Source of the DNA: Heterodontus francisci
Taxonomy: Eukaryota
Assembly (NCBI RefSeq): GCF_036365525.1
Contig: NC_090379.1
Location: 111,019,350-111,083,349, forward strand
Direction of reading: 5' to 3'
DNA: 64,000 nt
The position numbers were made by a program, and so were the translations under genes. The notes beneath the pieces are model-generated. The model did not search any database and was not told where the DNA came from. It worked only from the letters and a program-made list of their open reading frames with translations. This document shows, piece after piece, positions 60,501 to 64,000 of the stretch (the first letter of the stretch is position 1; every line of letters starts with the position of its first letter).

Positions 60501-61135
60501 TAGGGACAGGTGGGGATGTGGTAGGAATATGGGATTTGTGTAGGATTAGTATAAATGGGTGGTTGATGGTTGGCACAGACTCGGTGGGCCGAAGGGCCTG
60601 TTTCAGTGCTGTATCTCTAAACATAAACAAACCTTATTCCTCTTTTCTATTTCTACATGCTGTTGCACATCCCCCTGCCAATTTAATTAAAACCCTCCCC
60701 CACCACACTAGTCAACCTCCCAGCATGGACATTGGTCCCATTTTTTTTGAGGTGCAACCTATCCCTTTTGAATAGGTGCTTTTTGTCCCAGAATTGGTCC
60801 CAATGCCCCAAGAATCTGAAGCCCTCCCTGCTTCAAGCCATTTATTGATCCCCCCTATCTTCCTATTTCTACTCTTGCTGGCACATGGCACTAGGAGTAA
60901 ACCAGAGATTGCAACCTTCGAGGTCTTACTCTTTAACTTCTTCCCTCGCTCCTGAATATCTGACTGTAAAATCTCAACACCTGCCTCTGCTATGTCGTTG
61001 GTGCCAACTTGCACCACAACTTCTGGCTCATTCCCTTCCCCCTGTAGAATATTCTGCACCCTCTCTGTGATGTCCTTTACCCGAGCACCGGGGAAGCAAC
61101 AGACATGTGGGGCTCACGATGACGGTTACAGAAAT
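57597..61135 (-). mobile_element. Near full-length degenerate CR1 (ORF1 SGNH-esterase part + ORF2), interrupted by a SINE
   Basis: ORF 60712-61059 EPEVVVQVGTNDI (CR1 ORF1 esterase-like); LQCMDVN..SVVN.VGEL (ORF2 start), ILGDFN, NYRPV; (ctctatga)-type tail at 57597. Confidence 0.85.
60352..60622 (+). mobile_element. HE1-type V-SINE, 5'-truncated, inside the CR1
   Basis: V-domain and tail closely match the 25081-25412 copy. Confidence 0.88.
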
Positions 61136-61327
61136 GGATTCTCCCCTTCTCATTTCCTTTTACGTGCCAGGTTTCCAAGGCACAGGAAATCCAGCCAGAA
61201 TGGGTTAAAATGAAATTCTTGTAAAAATTGAAGCGTGTATCTTCCTTAACAGCTTTTATTTACCAGCCACCTCCTGAGGGTGGATCGGAGGCTCACCCCC
61301 ATTAAAACCAGAGGTGGGCTGGTTGGA

Positions 61328-61489
61328 ATAAAAACAAAAAGTGCTGGAAAATACTCAGTAGGTCTGGCAGCATCTGCGGAGAGAGAAGCTTCTCTCTCCA
61401 CAGATGCTGCCAGACCTACTGAGTATTTTCCAGCACTTTTTGTTTTCATTTCAGATTTCCAGCATCTGCAGTATTTTGCTTTTATTTTA
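61328..61489. mobile_element. Penelope-like terminal fold-back insertion (124-bp palindrome)
   Basis: 62-bp arms 61327-61388 / 61389-61450 with 2 mismatches and no spacer; 14-bp TSD gtgggctggttgga (61314-61327, 61490-61503). Confidence 0.88.
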
Positions 61490-62650
61490 GTGGGCTGGTT
61501 GGAGCCGGGTTTCAAACGTTTTAAATTCTAGTTTCTCACATGACCCAAAACCACTCGTTTTGGAGGGTTAAAACTATCCCCTTGGTCTCTTAAGGCGTTG
61601 TATTAATTGCTGTTGTTCGTTGTTTTGTAAAGAATTGAAATACCTTTAAAAGAGGTTGGCGAAAATGTATTGGTTATGCAGACAGCTGTTTCATCGGTTC
61701 AAATTTCACCACATGTGAATTCCACCTACATAACAGGCACTTTCCATACCTGACAAATTATTGCCACAAATTTTTATTCCTGCCAAAATGTTGCCCTACA
61801 GTCGTCAGAGATCTGCCAGATTTAAAATTGTTAATGATATAGGAGGATAAATAGCATGAAGAAAGGGATTAATAGAACAACAAACTGGGATCTTGACTCG
61901 TGGGGTCACAAATACTGAATCCATTTCAAAAACTATAAAATAAATCCATTATTTTCAGTTGGGTCATCGAGCTCCGGTCCTGGGTAGAGTTCGTGTTACA
62001 ATAATAATCTGGTAATTTGTCTTAATTTAAAAATAGCTCATATTCTGAAACCGAGGAACTTCAACTTTATATATAATCTAACAATTTCCCCTTTTACTTT
62101 CTAATCCTCTAATGAAAAGAAGCGAATTCCATCCTTCTCCCTGGCTATGCATATCCTAATCTGACAGTTTCCTTTCTTTATAAATCAGGTTTAATAAACA
62201 ATAAATTAGCTATAGCATGTATATTGTTCGAAGGAAGGAGATTCTCGCTGATAATAGCAATGCTATTAATTCTAATAATGATAAAACTATTACTTTTATT
62301 TCTAATTCTTATACTACTAATACCTTATAATACTATTAGCAATATTAAATGTTATACTAATTTAAACAGTAATATAAATGTTTCGGCTAATACTATTAAT
62401 AAACGCATTATTTTTACTACTTCTAATGCTCTTAACACTACAAATAATAATCGGTTCTCCAGCTATACTATAAATTAAATAATTTTGTCGTGCATTATTC
62501 CATGAAGACTCTCGGGAGTCTTAGACCTTTCACTCACAGTAATTATTAAAAGCGGTTCTTAATGAGCACTCCGGGGATTCAGCAGCCCAAGGGGAAAGCG
62601 CGCAAAAGTGCATCATTCCAAATTAAACAACAATAAGATGTAAAACTCAC

Positions 62651-62770
62651 TTAAAGATGCTTCAGTGTTCCCACAGTGCGCTTCAGCTCACTTGATTTCA
62701 GCCCCACGTACCTCACACACTGAGCAGCAGTTCACTGCAACAGTGAACTTGGGCACCGGCTTTAACCTGA
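62651..62770 (-). other. Probable non-coding first exon of copy C (5' boundary approximate)
   Basis: Donor ttaa|gtgagt (62645-62650) at the position aligned with the copy A donor; no ATG. Confidence 0.55.
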
Positions 62771-62840
62771 CCAAATCTCGCCAGAGTTAAAAGCGACTAA
62801 GTTATTATCGCAAGATGTCAACTGTTGGCCAATGGGGGAG
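62771..62840 (-). promoter_or_regulatory. Putative core promoter of copy C
   Basis: ttatcgcaagatgtcaactgttggccaat and aaatctcg.cagagtt conserved with copy A. Confidence 0.5.
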
Positions 62841-63732
62841 GGGGGAGGTGGAAGCGTGAACTAAAATTACTAACAGAACAGTTTGTTTTTTTACTGGGGG
62901 GAGGTGGGGAGGTTAAGTTATTTTTCTCAATTAAATCCCTAGAAATAATGCCGTAGTACTGGCCCAGCGGTCAGTCAGTTCAGACCTCTCCCGGTGAAAA
63001 ACTGAAACCTCCAAGCAGCCTTAATCGGTGCCCTGACTTTCCTTTTACCACCTTAATCTCAATCTGCCCCGACTCCAATCGGGCTTTTTCGTTAAATCCG
63101 AGTCCCACCGCTCTGGAATGACATCAAAATATTTTAGTTGCAGTTGATGCCCCAGGAGTTTTCTCACCCTGAAGGCTCTCGTGTTAAATTAACTCTTGCT
63201 GCCATCAATCCCCTGATTAGATAAGGGAATAATTTACAAGGAAACAGAAATAACTTTTAATTCCTTTTTAAATGTTTTTATTTCTACACACATTGAACAA
63301 GTGCCTATTGATGACACTTTGAGGAGATGGGTTAGGAGGGGTTATTGTGTCTGCACGTCTGACCGAACTGATTTGAGGCGTAGCCGAAAATGAAATACTG
63401 CTGGGTTAAATGGAAAGCGCGCTGAGCTGTGTGGCTCTATAATCTCATATTTAGCACCGTATATATTATGAAGTGTATATACATGAGATGTTATGGTATG
63501 ACATTCTGGCATCAGTTTTGCCTAAAATATGGCCTGATCTGTACAGCAGTTGAATTAGATGATTTGACCTTGAATGGCCTTGAAATCCAACCTAGCATTC
63601 GTTTAGTTCGGGTCATGCACTACACGGTTGTCTCAAGTCTAAGGTATTGATTCAGATATTGTCTCAGGTACTAATACATAACTGCAAATGTATACCCGAG
63701 GTGTGTAACAATCAAATGCCATAGCCTTCTGA

Positions 63733-64000
63733 CAAAAATATACTTTATTCATAAAATTTGCAAAGTACATTGCATAGCAGTTCAAATTTGACATTACATA
63801 AAGTGTAGTACAGTTCAATTTCTTTCAATGAGGGTACCTCACTACATTTACAATTACAGGTTATATTTACAATATACGTTTCATGTCAAACATTCTCTGC
63901 CTGAGGGGTTTTACATGAGTTCCAGCTCTTCAGTGTACTATGGCATGAGGGTCTTAGACTGTGGACTTTTTGAGGCCTCTGTGGCTGCTCCAAGCATTAG
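63733..64000 (-). mobile_element. Tx1/L1-clade LINE 3' end (continues beyond the window)
   Basis: - strand ends ...ttatgAATAAAgtatattttt; ORF2 C-terminal remnant LMLGAAT.. Confidence 0.55.

Noticed and set aside
62224-62478. ORF with a hydrophobic signal-peptide-like start
   Set aside because: Arises from an AT-rich low-complexity intron tract; the paralogous tract at 12980-13330 has no matching ORF

Overview
Eukaryotic, repeat-rich genomic DNA from a cartilaginous fish (shark-type HE1/V-SINEs, CR1, L2, Tx1, RTE and Penelope-like retroelements, Harbinger-type MITEs); the species cannot be fixed from sequence alone. The window holds a cluster of three EEF1AKMT3/METTL21B-like protein-lysine methyltransferase genes with identical intron positions and phases. 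Copy A (-) has coding exons 2291-2422 and 93-204, with its last exon off-window. Copy B (+) has exons 27744-27914, 30637-30748 and 33391-33872 (254 aa). Copy C (-) has exons 55597-55728, 53298-53409 and 48823-49217 (212 aa). A and C are segmental-duplication paralogues that share intron, 5'UTR and promoter homology, which also reveals a probable non-coding first exon for each. The most notable non-coding signal is a set of Penelope-derived minimal hammerhead ribozyme motifs. One has an intact core and lies in sense orientation in the predicted 3'UTR of copy B. Other structure includes a doubly nested young CR1 stack, a zero-spacer 124-bp palindrome with a 14-bp TSD, and a ~300-bp old palindrome upstream of copy A. 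All alignments were made by eye, and repeat boundaries are approximate unless a TSD is given.
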